DNA of 63,940 bases, counting the filler, from an uncultured bacterium (GTDB taxonomy: Bacteria; Latescibacterota; UBA2968): NCBI GenBank assembly GCA_964471275.1. It is 3 parts of 3 records of this genome, joined end to end, with 100 filler letters (N's around TTAATTAATTAA, not from the genome) between each part and the next. Parts side by side here need not be neighbours in the genome. Positions count along the whole stretch, not along the records: positions 1 to 25,347 come from CAYYGZ010000039.1; 2 more parts are not named here. One strand, written 5' to 3'. Both the position numbers and the translations under genes were made by a program. Shown here in pieces: positions 10,791-21,264 of this stretch (position 1 is its first letter; each line of letters opens with the position of its first letter). The notes under the pieces were generated by a model. The model did not search any database. It was not told the DNA's origin and worked only from the letters and a program-made list of their open reading frames with translations.

Positions 10791-12283
10791 GATTCGTTAG
10801 GCTCCCAATTCTTCGATCGGTTGACTGCTTCGTGCCAACGCTCACGGTATGTGTCTGCCTCTGTAGCGGTCAGCTGCGGCTCGAAGGTTCGATCGATCTG
10901 CCAGTTTCGGGCGACTTCGACGACCGAGGACCAATACCCGACTGCGAGCCCCGCAAGGTAGGCCGCGCCGAGTGCCGTTGTTTCGAGGATCGTAGGACGG
11001 ACGACAGGTATCTGGAGCAGGTCAGCCTGGAATTGCATCAGAAAGTCGTTTGCGGCCGCGCCGCCATCGACGCGCAATTCTGACATCGGTGCGCCAGCGT
11101 CGGAACCCATAGCGTGTGCCAGATCGGATACCTGAAAGGCGATCCCTTCCAGCGCTGCACGTGCGATATGTCCGGCAGTCGAACCACGAGTCAGACCGAC
11201 GATCGTACCTCTTGCATAGGGATCCCAGTGCGGCGCGCCGAGCCCGGCAAGTGCCGGGACCAGGTAAACACCCCCGTTGTCCTTCACTGTTGACGCAAGG
11301 GCTTCAACCTCTGCGGACGATCTGATGATTCCCAGGCCATCACGTAGCCACTGTACGATTGCGCCCCCTACGAACACACTTCCTTCGAGCGCGTAGTCGA
11401 TTTGTCCAGAACGCTGCCAGGCAACCGTTGTGAGAAGCTGGTTCTGGGATGATCTGGCTTGTTCTCCCGTGTTGAGCAGCATGAAGCAGCCTGTGCCATA
11501 CGTGTTCTTGGCCATCCCCGGTGAGACGCACACCTGTCCAAAGGTCGCTGCCTGCTGGTCACCAGCGATGCCCGCAAGTGGAATACCCGTCAGCTCGGGT
11601 ATAGCACTGATCTCCCCATAGATGTCGGAAGAAGGGACGACCTCTGGGAGAAGGCTGGCCGGGACGTTCAACAGCTCGAGCAACTCGGTGTCCCACGTAT
11701 GCTCGTGGATGTTGTAGAGAAGGGTACGCGAGGCATTGCTTGCATCGGTTATGTGCCGTCCACCCGCTGTCAACTTCCATGCCAACCAGGTGTCGATCGT
11801 ACCAAAGGCGAGTTCTCCTCGGGTTGCCCGCTCTCGCGCGCCATCTACGTTGTCCAGGATCCACGCGATCTTGGTTCCTGAGAAGTAGGCATCCAGGATC
11901 AGACCCGTTTTGGCCTGGATCGTCGTGTGGTGACCGACGGTCCTTATCTGGTCGCAGACACCAGCGGTTCGACGATCCTGCCACACGATTGCGCGATGGA
12001 TCGGCTCTCCCGTCTGGCGGTCCCAGATGAGGGTTGTCTCGCGCTGATTCGTGATTCCGACAGCAGCGATGTCCCGCGTCGACACACCCGCTGACGCGAT
12101 CGCCCTGGCTGTCACGTCGGTTTGGGTCTTCCAAATCTCGTTTGCGTCGTGCTCGACCCATCCTGGATTCGGGAAGTGCTGTTCGAACTCTTCCTGTGCT
12201 GATGCGATGATGGTGCCTGCCGCGTCAAAGACGATCGTCCGAGAACTGGTTGTCCCCTGATCCAGCGCCACAACAACTTTCAT
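10787..12283 (-). CDS. glpK: glycerol kinase
   Basis: [41 protein letters not shown]. Confidence 0.97.
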   Translation of the reverse strand: MKVVVALDQGTTSSRTIVFDAAGTIIASAQEEFEQHFPNPGWVEHDANEIWKTQTDVTARAIASAGVSTRDIAAVGITNQRETTLIWDRQTGEPIHRAIVWQDRRTAGVCDQIRTVGHHTTIQAKTGLILDAYFSGTKIAWILDNVDGARERATRGELAFGTIDTWLAWKLTAGGRHITDASNASRTLLYNIHEHTWDTELLELLNVPASLLPEVVPSSDIYGEISAIPELTGIPLAGIAGDQQAATFGQVCVSPGMAKNTYGTGCFMLLNTGEQARSSQNQLLTTVAWQRSGQIDYALEGSVFVGGAIVQWLRDGLGIIRSSAEVEALASTVKDNGGVYLVPALAGLGAPHWDPYARGTIVGLTRGSTAGHIARAALEGIAFQVSDLAHAMGSDAGAPMSELRVDGGAAANDFLMQFQADLLQIPVVRPTILETTALGAAYLAGLAVGYWSSVVEVARNWQIDRTFEPQLTATEADTYRERWHEAVNRSKNWEPNES

Positions 12284-12382
12284 GGCTCATCCTTCGTCAT
12301 TTCGTGATCGAGTCTTGAAAGCTGTAATTTACTCGAATTGAGGCCATCGATACGGATATATTTGGCCCGGGGTCAGGAATCG

Positions 12383-12417
12383 AAAAGCCCCCCAAGCGCA
12401 ATGGCTCAGGGGGTCTT
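12383..12417 (-). terminator. intrinsic terminator-like hairpin
   Basis: Minus strand GACCCCCTGAGC-cattgc-GCTTGGGGGGC-TTTT, about 100 nt upstream of the glpK start. Confidence 0.6.
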
Positions 12418-12624
12418 CCAAGGCGATCGGGTCTGATACGGATCGAACAATGCCGTCAGGTTCAAGGGCCGTTTGCCAGGATGCGTAGTGGCGATCACAG
12501 TGCTTGCGGCTGCCAACGTAAGATCCCTACTTTGCCTCGATCGATACAACTGCGGATCGTGCCATTTGACCAATCAGGCTTGCGTCCAACGTGTCGCTCG
12601 ATGATTCAGTATCGGGGAGCACCG

Positions 12625-13920
12625 TTAAGCTGAGACGCGCTGGAACCAGGATTCGAGTTTGACGAGCAATCCCCCCTGAATGTCTGTACATTCGGCGTTA
12701 TCCAGGAGATTGTTCAGTTCATACGGATCGCTGTCCAGATCGAACAGATGCGTGGTCTGGAAGGGCTCCTTGTTGGCAACCAGCTTATGGTTCTGTTCGC
12801 GGATCATGCACCAGGACTGCATTTCAGAATAGATAGGGCGAATCATCGGATCTGCTGCTGCGTCGATGGTCCGCTCGGAAAAGCTGTTTCCCTCCACACT
12901 TGGCTCTGCGTCGCATCCAGCGTAGTCCAGGCAGGTCGGAAAGAAGTCTACTCCGGACACAACGTCATCGATGATCGATTGAGAGACGCCATTCGGGACG
13001 CGCACAACCAGTGGTATCCGGCTCGATTCTTCCCAAGGCAAGCCTTTGTTTACGGCCCCATGGCTGCCTTGCATGTCACCGTGATCCGAGGTAAAGATGA
13101 CTACGGTACTGTCGGCGATGCCGAGTTCGTCGAGGGTGTCGAGCGTGCGACCTACATTGGCATCGAGCTGCGTGACCATCGCATAGTACTGTTTCAGGTA
13201 GGCATCGAGATCGCCCCCGTATTTCTGGTAGAGGGGATCATTCTCCTGAGGCTTCGGGCTGGGCGGGCTCTGTGTCTTCGTATACGGTTCGACATCGCTG
13301 GCATTGGGCCTACGGGTCAGGGCTACATCCTGGTACATTTGCTCGTACCGCCACGCGGGTTGCTCCGGGTAATGTGGATTCTGATATGACACGAACATCG
13401 CAAAAGGTTCATCCCTGATCTCTCCGAGCCGCTCGATGGCGATGTCTGTTGTCACGTCCGTTCGGTGCTGGTCATAGATGTGCTCCGTACCTTCTTCATC
13501 GTAGAATTTGACGCTGTGGAGGAAATCGTTGTAACACTGGTATCCGATGAAGTCGGTAAAGTCGGCTCGCAGTTCGGGTGGGATCGGAATGTTCCCCTTG
13601 TCTCCGAGGTGCCACTTACCAACCCAGCTTGTACGGTAGCCGCCGTCGTTGAGCGAGGCCGCCAGGGTTCGCGTGCCTTCCGGGATGTAAGCACAGTTAC
13701 GAAGCGTATCTGTCTGTGATCCATATTGCCCGGAGACGAGTGTAGCGCGAAAGGGCGTGCAGACTGGCGCGTTTGAGTAGCAGTTACGGAACAGTACCCC
13801 GTCCTTCGCGAGTTCGTCGAGGTTTGGCGTCTGAATCTCGGCGTTGCCCATGCAGCCCATTGCAAAAGCGTGCATCTGGTCAGCAAACATAAACAGGATG
13901 TTGAGGGGCTTCTCTGGCAT
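12625..13920 (-). CDS. sulfatase (Cys-type, formylglycine-dependent)
   Basis: NILFMFADQ; CTPFR signature; GKWHLG; FTSDHGD; start at MPEKP. Confidence 0.93.
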   Translation of the reverse strand: MPEKPLNILFMFADQMHAFAMGCMGNAEIQTPNLDELAKDGVLFRNCYSNAPVCTPFRATLVSGQYGSQTDTLRNCAYIPEGTRTLAASLNDGGYRTSWVGKWHLGDKGNIPIPPELRADFTDFIGYQCYNDFLHSVKFYDEEGTEHIYDQHRTDVTTDIAIERLGEIRDEPFAMFVSYQNPHYPEQPAWRYEQMYQDVALTRRPNASDVEPYTKTQSPPSPKPQENDPLYQKYGGDLDAYLKQYYAMVTQLDANVGRTLDTLDELGIADSTVVIFTSDHGDMQGSHGAVNKGLPWEESSRIPLVVRVPNGVSQSIIDDVVSGVDFFPTCLDYAGCDAEPSVEGNSFSERTIDAAADPMIRPIYSEMQSWCMIREQNHKLVANKEPFQTTHLFDLDSDPYELNNLLDNAECTDIQGGLLVKLESWFQRVSA

Positions 13921-14113
13921 AGGATCTCCGGCTGTTTGCGATGATGTTGTCTGATGCGTCATCTGGTCTGTCGTAACATGCGTACGCGGCCTCACCCGAC
14001 CGCTGCGACGGTCGCCCTCTCCCGTTTGACCGGAGAGCGGAAGGGTGCTGTATTCTAAAGGTAATATACGATTATGAATCTGCTGTGATAACCCCCACAA
14101 CCTGAGCGAATCT

Positions 14114-15586
14114 ATGCGCGTTGGGATCATTTCACTTCTACATGAATCGAATACTTTTGCAGCAACGCCAACGACGATCGATCTCTTCCGCAGAGATGGT
14201 CTCCTGATCGGTCAAGCCGTTCGAGATGAGTTCGAAGGCGGCCTGCACCAGATGACCGGTTTTTTTGAAGGGCTCGACCAGGCCGGTATCCGGGCGGTGC
14301 CGATCTTTCACGCGGGTACGTCACCGTCCGGTACGATCACGAGGGATACGTGTGACGAACTGATAAGGCTGATGTTCGATGCGCTTGATGCAGCGGGCAA
14401 GCTGGATGGGTTCCTTGTCTCGCCTCACGGTGCGAACGCAGGCGGGGGTGACGAATATCGTGATCTCGACGGTCACTGGTTGCAGCGGCTGAGAGACCAG
14501 GTAGGTTCCGAGGTCCCGATTATCTGTGTGATCGATCCGCACGCGAATCTCTCGCCCCGCATGGTGGATGCCTGTGACGCAACGATCGCCTACCGGTCGA
14601 ATCCGCATCTTGATCAGAAGGAGCGTGGACTGGAGGCCGCTGAACTGATGCGACGCACGCTGCACGGCGAGGTGCGTCCGGTTCAGCGTGCGATATTCCC
14701 GACCTTTGGGATCAACATCGAACGTCAGGGAACAACGCATTGGCCGTGTCTTCCACTCTATGAGCTGGCGAATAGACAACAGGGCAAAGCTGGCGTGCTG
14801 TCCAACAGCATAGTTCTCGGATTTCCGTATGCGGACGTCGAAGAGATGGGGTCGGCGGCGGTTGTTGTGACAGATAACGATCCAGATCTCGCGCAGATAC
14901 TGGCTAACGAGCTTGTTGACTATATGCTTACACATCGTTCCGAGTTCGTTGGTGAGTATGTCTCAATCGAAGAAGCTGTCGAGATGGCTGTGTCGCAGGC
15001 AGGGCCGATTTGTCTGCTGGATATGGGGGACAACGTGGGCGGGGGTTCGGCCGCGGACAGCACGCTGATTGCGCACGAGATCCATCTGCGTGGCGATACG
15101 ACAGGATTTGTGTGTCTGTACGACGTTGCGTCGCAGGATGCGGCGCGAGACGCCGGTGTGGGCGCGACCTTGACACTGTCGATGGGTGGGAAGACAGATG
15201 ATCGACACGGTGAGCCACTGACCGCGGAGGTGATGGTCAAGAGCCTACACGCCGGAACCTTCGAGGAGAGCGAGATTCGTCACGGTGGAAACACGCACTT
15301 CGATATGGGGCCGACGACTGTGGTGACAACGGAAACGGGTCTGACGATCAGCCTCACTTCGCGGCGGGTCGCACCGGTCAGTCTGGGGGTGGTGACCAGC
15401 ATCGGTCTTGATCCGGGAGAGTTTCAAGTTCTGATCGCGAAGGGAGTCCACGCGCCGGTTGCGGCATACGCACCCGTTTGCAGCGAGCTGATCAGGGTGA
15501 ACACGGGGGGAGCGACGGCCGCAGACATGCGAACGTTTTCGTATCAGCATCGGAGGAAGCCGATGTATCCGTTTGAGGAGATCTAG
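14114..15586 (+). CDS. M81 family metallopeptidase (MlrC-like)
   Basis: HESNTF, PHGA, DPHAN, YRSNPHLD, DMGDNVGGG. Confidence 0.92.
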   Translation: MRVGIISLLHESNTFAATPTTIDLFRRDGLLIGQAVRDEFEGGLHQMTGFFEGLDQAGIRAVPIFHAGTSPSGTITRDTCDELIRLMFDALDAAGKLDGFLVSPHGANAGGGDEYRDLDGHWLQRLRDQVGSEVPIICVIDPHANLSPRMVDACDATIAYRSNPHLDQKERGLEAAELMRRTLHGEVRPVQRAIFPTFGINIERQGTTHWPCLPLYELANRQQGKAGVLSNSIVLGFPYADVEEMGSAAVVVTDNDPDLAQILANELVDYMLTHRSEFVGEYVSIEEAVEMAVSQAGPICLLDMGDNVGGGSAADSTLIAHEIHLRGDTTGFVCLYDVASQDAARDAGVGATLTLSMGGKTDDRHGEPLTAEVMVKSLHAGTFEESEIRHGGNTHFDMGPTTVVTTETGLTISLTSRRVAPVSLGVVTSIGLDPGEFQVLIAKGVHAPVAAYAPVCSELIRVNTGGATAADMRTFSYQHRRKPMYPFEEI

Positions 15587-15779
15587 AGATTTGGAGGATG
15601 AGGGGAAGCGGGTGTTGGGTTGGGTGGGGGTATGGGAGCCCGGTGAGGGGCGTGGCGTGAATAGCCAGAGGCGACAGCCCTTGGATCCGAGAGAAACGGT
15701 GATTACGGGCACCGCAGTGTGATATCGGCAATGTGAATGGATCGCCATTCGGCGCTTGACGGGAAGATGTAGACATCGC

Positions 15780-16181
15780 AGGATCTGTTCCGAGCGGACG
15801 GGACAACAAGGGAGATTGCGTGTCATACAAGGCGATGACGGGCGTCTGCTGTCCTACACATCGGGTGAGGAGTTGCCTTTCGAGGAAATTGCGAAACTGG
15901 CGGGTCGTCCGGGAATCGATGCTGCGGGGGTGATGCACACGCCGAGCAACCTTGTCTCCGATGCTGTAAGCAAGATCTGCGAATATTTTGACGGACCCAT
16001 GTACGCCTACCCGGATTCCGGGTATTTCGAAATGCCGAATTGGAAATTCGAAGATGTGGTCTCGCCGGAAGAGCTGGCCGGATATGCTGCCAGGTAGCGA
16101 AGTGAGGGTGTCACCGCGCTCGGTGGGTGTTGCGGACTAACACCGGACCACATCCGTGCGATCGCATTTGAGGAGAACTAG
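15780..16181 (+). pseudogene. homocysteine S-methyltransferase family C-terminal remnant
   Basis: GVMHT, AYPDSGYF, then AAR*RSEGVTALGGCCGLTPDHIRA; TAG at 16095-16097 precedes the GGCCG Zn motif; N-terminus missing. Confidence 0.8.
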
Positions 16182-16592
16182 ATGAGCAGGTCTGAGTTGC
16201 TTCGTTTCATCACGAAGGACGATATACAGGTGGATGAGCTACCGTGGGGACCGCACGAGTGGATCAGTCGAGAAGGCATGACAGAAGCCGAACACCTGAT
16301 GCTTGTTCGCGTTCGGATGCCCGAGAATCAGGCTCACAGATTCCACCGACATCCTGCCATGGAGGAGATCATCTACGTGATCAGCGGGGAGGCGGAACAG
16401 TGGGTGGATCGGGAGAAGCGAGTCCTGGGACCCGATGATGCGGCGCATATTCCGATGGATGTCGTTCACGGCACCTACAATGCGGGAACCGAGGAACTCG
16501 TCTTCCTGGCCATTCTGTCACCTGCTGTTTTCGAAGGTCCTGCCCTGATCGATATGTCCGGGGTCGCACCGTGGAGCGATCTGCGCCCCTGA
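16182..16592 (+). CDS. cupin domain protein
   Basis: HRFHRHPAMEEIIYVISG and HIPMDVVHGTYN cupin motifs. Confidence 0.9.
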   Translation: MSRSELLRFITKDDIQVDELPWGPHEWISREGMTEAEHLMLVRVRMPENQAHRFHRHPAMEEIIYVISGEAEQWVDREKRVLGPDDAAHIPMDVVHGTYNAGTEELVFLAILSPAVFEGPALIDMSGVAPWSDLRP

Positions 16593-16722
16593 AACCACGC
16601 ATCTTGCTCAACGGTGAAGGCCTTGTGACAGCAAGTAGAAAGCCAGGGCCCTTCCTGCAGATCCAGTACTGTCAACCTGAAGCTAAGCCCTGCCCGATAT
16701 GACACGCAGATCCGAGGTCCGC

Positions 16723-18618
16723 ATGCTGGATCCTTATGACATTCACAGTCTGATCGAGGTCTCTACCCCGAGCCTGTCACCCGGCGGAGATGCCGTCGCG
16801 TATGTGCAGACAGAGACGAACGATGAGAAGTCTGCGACGTGCTCGCGACTGATGATCCACAAGGACGGGGGGAATCGGCCGTTGTCGAGTGGTCCCAAGG
16901 ATTCTTCACCGATCTTCTCACCCGATGGCGCACAAGTTGGGTTTCTCAGAGAACGAGAGGGGGAGGAGAAACAGGTTTGGGTTGTTCAGGAATCTGGCAA
17001 GACCGAAAGGCAGGTATCGAACCTTGCTGGAGGCGTCCAGGCTTTTGCGTGGGCACCAGAATCAGATCGGTTGGTCGTGGTCTCACGCGTCGATCCCGAA
17101 CCTAAGGTGGACGAGAACGGACCCCATACCCAGGTCGTGAATCGTGTTCGGTATCGAGATGATGGTGATGGATGGCGCGGTGACGCATTCTTCCAGCTGT
17201 TTGTCGTTTCTGTCAAAGGCGGAGAGGCGGAGCAGCTGACCGCGGGTGAGGGCGACCATCTGGCACCGGTCTGGTCCCCTACAGGCGACCGAATCGCTTA
17301 CGTCAGCGATGCCGTTGAGGGACGCGATCTTTCAAGACATTCGGAAGTATGTGTGATTCCGGCAGACGGTGGAGAATCAGCCAGGTGGTCTGACGGGATG
17401 ACACGTGCCGGATCTGTCGCGTGGTCACACGACGGACATCAACTCGTCGCGGCAGGCTCACACGATTCGGATGTCTGGGATCCACGTCAGTCGTGGCTGT
17501 ATGTTCTGGAAGAGGGACATCCCGTTCGTATGGTTGCGGGCGAGGATCGGACGATCGTGCAGCCGATTGCAGAACGGTGCTGGACACACAATGACGACCT
17601 TGTGTATATCGCAGATCGGGCGGGTGAATCGTATCTCTGCAGCGTGCACGCGAACGGTGGCGAGGAGGAACTGATTCTCGGGGGCGGTCAGACATTCACC
17701 TCACTTTGTGTGCACGAGAAGAGGGCGGCAGCGGTTGTCGCCTCAACCGATCGGCCCTGTGATATCTTCCATATAGACCTGGTGGAAGGATCAGGCTCCT
17801 GTGTTACCGATGTGAACCAGGGCGTCCTGGAATACTGTCCGGCGGCATCCGTTGAGAAAATCGTGTTCGAACGGAATGGGTTCGATGTCCAGGCGCGACT
17901 TCTATTTCCGGCCGGATTCGATACGGCGAAGCAGTATCCGCTGATTCTGGAGATCCACGGTGGACCGAACGGTCGGTTCTCCGATTCATACGATACCGTG
18001 CAGCAGATCCTGTGCGGTCGAGGCTATCTGGTTCTGGCGGTCAATCCCCGAGGCTCCTCGTCATACGGACCTGACTTCATGAAAGCTGTATTGAGAGACT
18101 GGGGGGGCGAAGATTTTCTCGATCTGATGGCAGCCATTGATCTGATCAGTGAACGACCCTACGTGGATGTTGACCGACTGGGTGTACACGGATACAGCTA
18201 TGGCGGGTTCATGAGCAGCTGGATCGTCGGACACGACCATCGATTCAAGGCTGCGGTGATCGGGGCACCGGTGACGAATCTCTACAGCTTCTATGGGACT
18301 TCGGATATCGGGGTCTCATTTGGTGAGAATCAGTTTGGTGGATCCACTCTCGAGAATGTCGAGGCCCTGGTTGCGCGTTCGCCCATCACCTATGCATCGG
18401 AGGTGACCACACCTTCGCTTTTGCTTCACGGTGAGACAGATTATCGATGTCCGATCGAACAGAGCGAACAGTTCTATGTTGCGCTCAAACGACAGAATAA
18501 GCAGGTGGCGTTCGTGAGGTTCCCGGACTGTTCGCACGGCTTCAGGAAGACGGCACATCTGAAGCTGAGAGAGGAATACTATCGGCGGATGGTTGACTGG
18601 TTTGGGAAGCATCTTTAG
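16723..18618 (+). CDS. S9 family peptidase (acylaminoacyl-peptidase-like)
   Basis: Propeller WSP repeats; HGGP; GYSYGG nucleophile; D in HGETDYRC; H in SHGF; GAGGT before ATG 16723. Confidence 0.93.
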   Translation: MLDPYDIHSLIEVSTPSLSPGGDAVAYVQTETNDEKSATCSRLMIHKDGGNRPLSSGPKDSSPIFSPDGAQVGFLREREGEEKQVWVVQESGKTERQVSNLAGGVQAFAWAPESDRLVVVSRVDPEPKVDENGPHTQVVNRVRYRDDGDGWRGDAFFQLFVVSVKGGEAEQLTAGEGDHLAPVWSPTGDRIAYVSDAVEGRDLSRHSEVCVIPADGGESARWSDGMTRAGSVAWSHDGHQLVAAGSHDSDVWDPRQSWLYVLEEGHPVRMVAGEDRTIVQPIAERCWTHNDDLVYIADRAGESYLCSVHANGGEEELILGGGQTFTSLCVHEKRAAAVVASTDRPCDIFHIDLVEGSGSCVTDVNQGVLEYCPAASVEKIVFERNGFDVQARLLFPAGFDTAKQYPLILEIHGGPNGRFSDSYDTVQQILCGRGYLVLAVNPRGSSSYGPDFMKAVLRDWGGEDFLDLMAAIDLISERPYVDVDRLGVHGYSYGGFMSSWIVGHDHRFKAAVIGAPVTNLYSFYGTSDIGVSFGENQFGGSTLENVEALVARSPITYASEVTTPSLLLHGETDYRCPIEQSEQFYVALKRQNKQVAFVRFPDCSHGFRKTAHLKLREEYYRRMVDWFGKHL

Positions 18619-18713
18619 AGGAAGTGCATAAGCGAGGTGGTGACGGTGTGGGGTCTTGGTTCATCCTGAAGGGGACGGGATGGGTAAAGATATCTTGTGC
18701 GGGGGGTTGAGGC

Positions 18714-18828
18714 CCACCGTCATCCTGAGCATCAGCGAAGGATCTCTCTGAGATCTGGACCCACCCCTCTGGGGTAAGGGATGGTCGAGACCTGCTAGAG
18801 ATCCTTCGGCTCTGTCTCAGGATGGTGG
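18714..18828. repeat. long palindromic REP-like element between convergent genes
   Basis: CCACCGTCATCCTGAG...CGAAGGATCTCT and AGAGATCCTTCG...CTCAGGATGGTGG form inverted arms. Confidence 0.75.
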
Positions 18829-18842
18829 CCTTGTGTGCACGA

Positions 18843-20270
18843 TTACCTACGCGTAGCTATGACGCACAGTGATGGGTCTGTGTTGACACGGCCGCCGCGT
18901 TTCAGTGTCGCGACGGTCGCGCGTTTCGTCTCGCCGTCGTCGACGCGGAACTTGCTGTTGTCCAGACGGGCGATCGGAATCTCCTCGGGTGGGTCGAGCT
19001 GGGGAACCCACTCGTAGGGGATGCGGTATGCACGGTAGACCTGATTGTGGTTGAATTTGGGGTCGACGTATGGGCTGATGTATTCCCAGACGATGTCGCA
19101 GTCCATATTGACTTCGATGAAACGGCCGTCGGATCCCTCGGTGATGAGGGTGTTGCCATTCGGGAGTCGTTGGGCGGAACTGACCAGCACACTGTAGAAG
19201 CGGCTGTCGTGGACGAGTGGGGCGCCACCGCCGGTTTGAGCAGAATACTCCCAGACGATTTCCAACGTGTCCGGGTCAAATTCGATCACGCGTGAATATG
19301 GCCGAATGACGTTGTTGTGGCCCGTCAAAGCTCCCGGGTTTGGGTCACCGTAACCCGCACGACCACCGTTGTCGAAGACCAGGATGTTTCCCTCTCCAGG
19401 GAGTCCACGGGGGATCATGTGAACGTGATGGGGTCCGATGATCCATCCAAGTCTACGGAGTGCTTCTGAACCGTCGTAGTCGGGGCCGATCCGCCAGACG
19501 ATGTTGTTGGGTCGACGTCGGTTTATGATGACAAGCGTGTTCGTCTGTCGACAGCTTGCTATCAGATTGTCTTTGTGAAAGCGTAGGTCTCCGGCATCGT
19601 GCCACCTGTTGGGTCCCAAACGAGACAGGCTGTTGACGTGTGCCCAGTCGCCCATACCGCCGCCAGGAGGTACGATGTTTGGGTTCCTGTGCATCGTGTT
19701 CAGCGCGGCCTCGCTGAAGCCCATTTCCTCCAGATGGTCGGCGAATCGCCATTCCCACCTGATTTCACCATCCCACGTGACGTCGATGATCGTGTCGTCG
19801 AGTATGCTGCCCGGTGCGATCTGCGGCGCTTCGATGTTCTTGTGCGCCAGCATCAATGTGTTCGCATTGAAGACCCGCGGCTTCATTCCGGGTACATAGT
19901 AGCCGACCGGATTGCCCGAGCGCTGAAAATCGTGGTGCTGTCTGGCCATCCATTTCGATTTCCGACCGTCCTTGACACGGTCGTATTTCGCGAATTTCCA
20001 GATGACGTTCCCATCCCAGTCGACCTGAACCAGATCTTCCATGTCCAGGTAACCATATTTGGGGTTTCGGCGGGTCGTACTGCCGATGACGAATCCACCG
20101 GGCAGCGGTTTGGCCGGGAAACCCTCCAGATCCTTCCACACGTGTGCGGCGTAGCCGTTCATGTCGATCAGGGCAACACCCTCGTGCGAGCGGAAGCACG
20201 TGTAACCGTTGAAGCACTGGTCGGGATCGTAGATCGTCGATCCGGTGGGGTAGACGCTGGGGTAGCCCAT
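18843..20270 (-). CDS. arylsulfotransferase (ASST) family protein
   Basis: MGYPSVYPTGSTIYDP start; ARQHHD, DWAHVNS, ILVFDNG, SSAQRLPNGNTLITEG. Confidence 0.88.
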   Translation of the reverse strand: MGYPSVYPTGSTIYDPDQCFNGYTCFRSHEGVALIDMNGYAAHVWKDLEGFPAKPLPGGFVIGSTTRRNPKYGYLDMEDLVQVDWDGNVIWKFAKYDRVKDGRKSKWMARQHHDFQRSGNPVGYYVPGMKPRVFNANTLMLAHKNIEAPQIAPGSILDDTIIDVTWDGEIRWEWRFADHLEEMGFSEAALNTMHRNPNIVPPGGGMGDWAHVNSLSRLGPNRWHDAGDLRFHKDNLIASCRQTNTLVIINRRRPNNIVWRIGPDYDGSEALRRLGWIIGPHHVHMIPRGLPGEGNILVFDNGGRAGYGDPNPGALTGHNNVIRPYSRVIEFDPDTLEIVWEYSAQTGGGAPLVHDSRFYSVLVSSAQRLPNGNTLITEGSDGRFIEVNMDCDIVWEYISPYVDPKFNHNQVYRAYRIPYEWVPQLDPPEEIPIARLDNSKFRVDDGETKRATVATLKRGGRVNTDPSLCVIATRR

Positions 20271-20320
20271 TGTGGTTTTCTCGTTTGCGTGGTGGTGGGG
20301 GTTGCGGGAGACATATAAGG

Positions 20321-20350
20321 AACCACAGATGAACACAGATGGACACAGGT
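20321..20350 (+). repeat. 10-bp tandem repeat x3
   Basis: AACCACAGAT/GAACACAGAT/GGACACAGGT. Confidence 0.6.
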
Positions 20351-21059
20351 TTATGTGGAATGGGAAGGGATCCATCGCCTGCGATTCAGGATGACTGTGT
20401 CTCCGTATGTGACCTTATTCCCCAGCATCTGCTGTGTATGCTCAAGGTCGAGCCATCGGCCGAATTTGATGCCATTCCTACTTTCCCGGCTGAACTGATG
20501 GCTCGATGATTCTGTTTTCTGGTCTCAAGAATGTGGCGTGGCCCGACGGGAAGCCGTTTCCACGACCTACCCCGCAGGCAAGAGGTAATCAACCGTTTGT
20601 GGGTGCCCCGTCCAGCCGGCGTCGATTTCCAGCGCTTCGATCATGATGCAGCTGTCGATCGAGATGTCAGGGCCGGTAAACGTGAGGCCGAGTTCATTGT
20701 CGCCTGCCATCGGTGGACATTCTGCCAGGTCGATTTCATAGGCGATGTGCGGTGGGATGTGCATGCCGGGATAACGTCGGTCTGCGGCGACGTGGATGTT
20801 GGTTTTCCGGCGCTCAACAACGATCTCTATTGGTATCGGAGTGCCGTTGATATCCAGACCGAGTTTCTCCTCCTCGTGCAGGTTATAGAGTCGAAGCGCA
20901 GTCGGCCCTGCAGCGGTTGTCCGTCACGTCCGTTCGCCATTCTGAAGCGGAGAACCGACCTTTCCGGGTCTCCGCGTGAAATGCGTATCGATCGCCAGGA
21001 CTGATCTCCACCCGAATGCGATCGGTCACGCCTCCAGATTGGAAGGAAGAAGTAAGACG

Positions 21060-21260
21060 CAGATTTCGTATCTCGATCCTCATCTGGCCACCTAGGACGA
21101 TGAAGGCTTCGTCCGTGTCCGCGTGGTCGTGCCACACGAACTCGCCCTGGATCTTCACGAGTTTGAACTGATAGTCGTACAGTTCCGCGACCACGTGAGG
21201 TGACCGGTGGTCCGTAAATCTGGAAAGCTTGTCGTGGAAGTTGATCGGCTGGGGTGGCAT
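21060..21260 (-). pseudogene. truncated cupin protein
   Basis: [12 protein letters not shown]...[27 protein letters not shown], then similarity is lost before the second cupin motif. Confidence 0.7.
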
Positions 21261-21264
21261 CCGA

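Noticed and set aside
15600..15660. G-rich intergenic tracts as G-quadruplexes (also near 28125-28150 and 42450-42485)
   Set aside because: Consistent with local G skew or low-complexity repeat decay; no evidence of function
20567..21050. Fragments of a possible hypothetical-protein C-terminus
   Set aside because: Broken across frames with no identifiable motif
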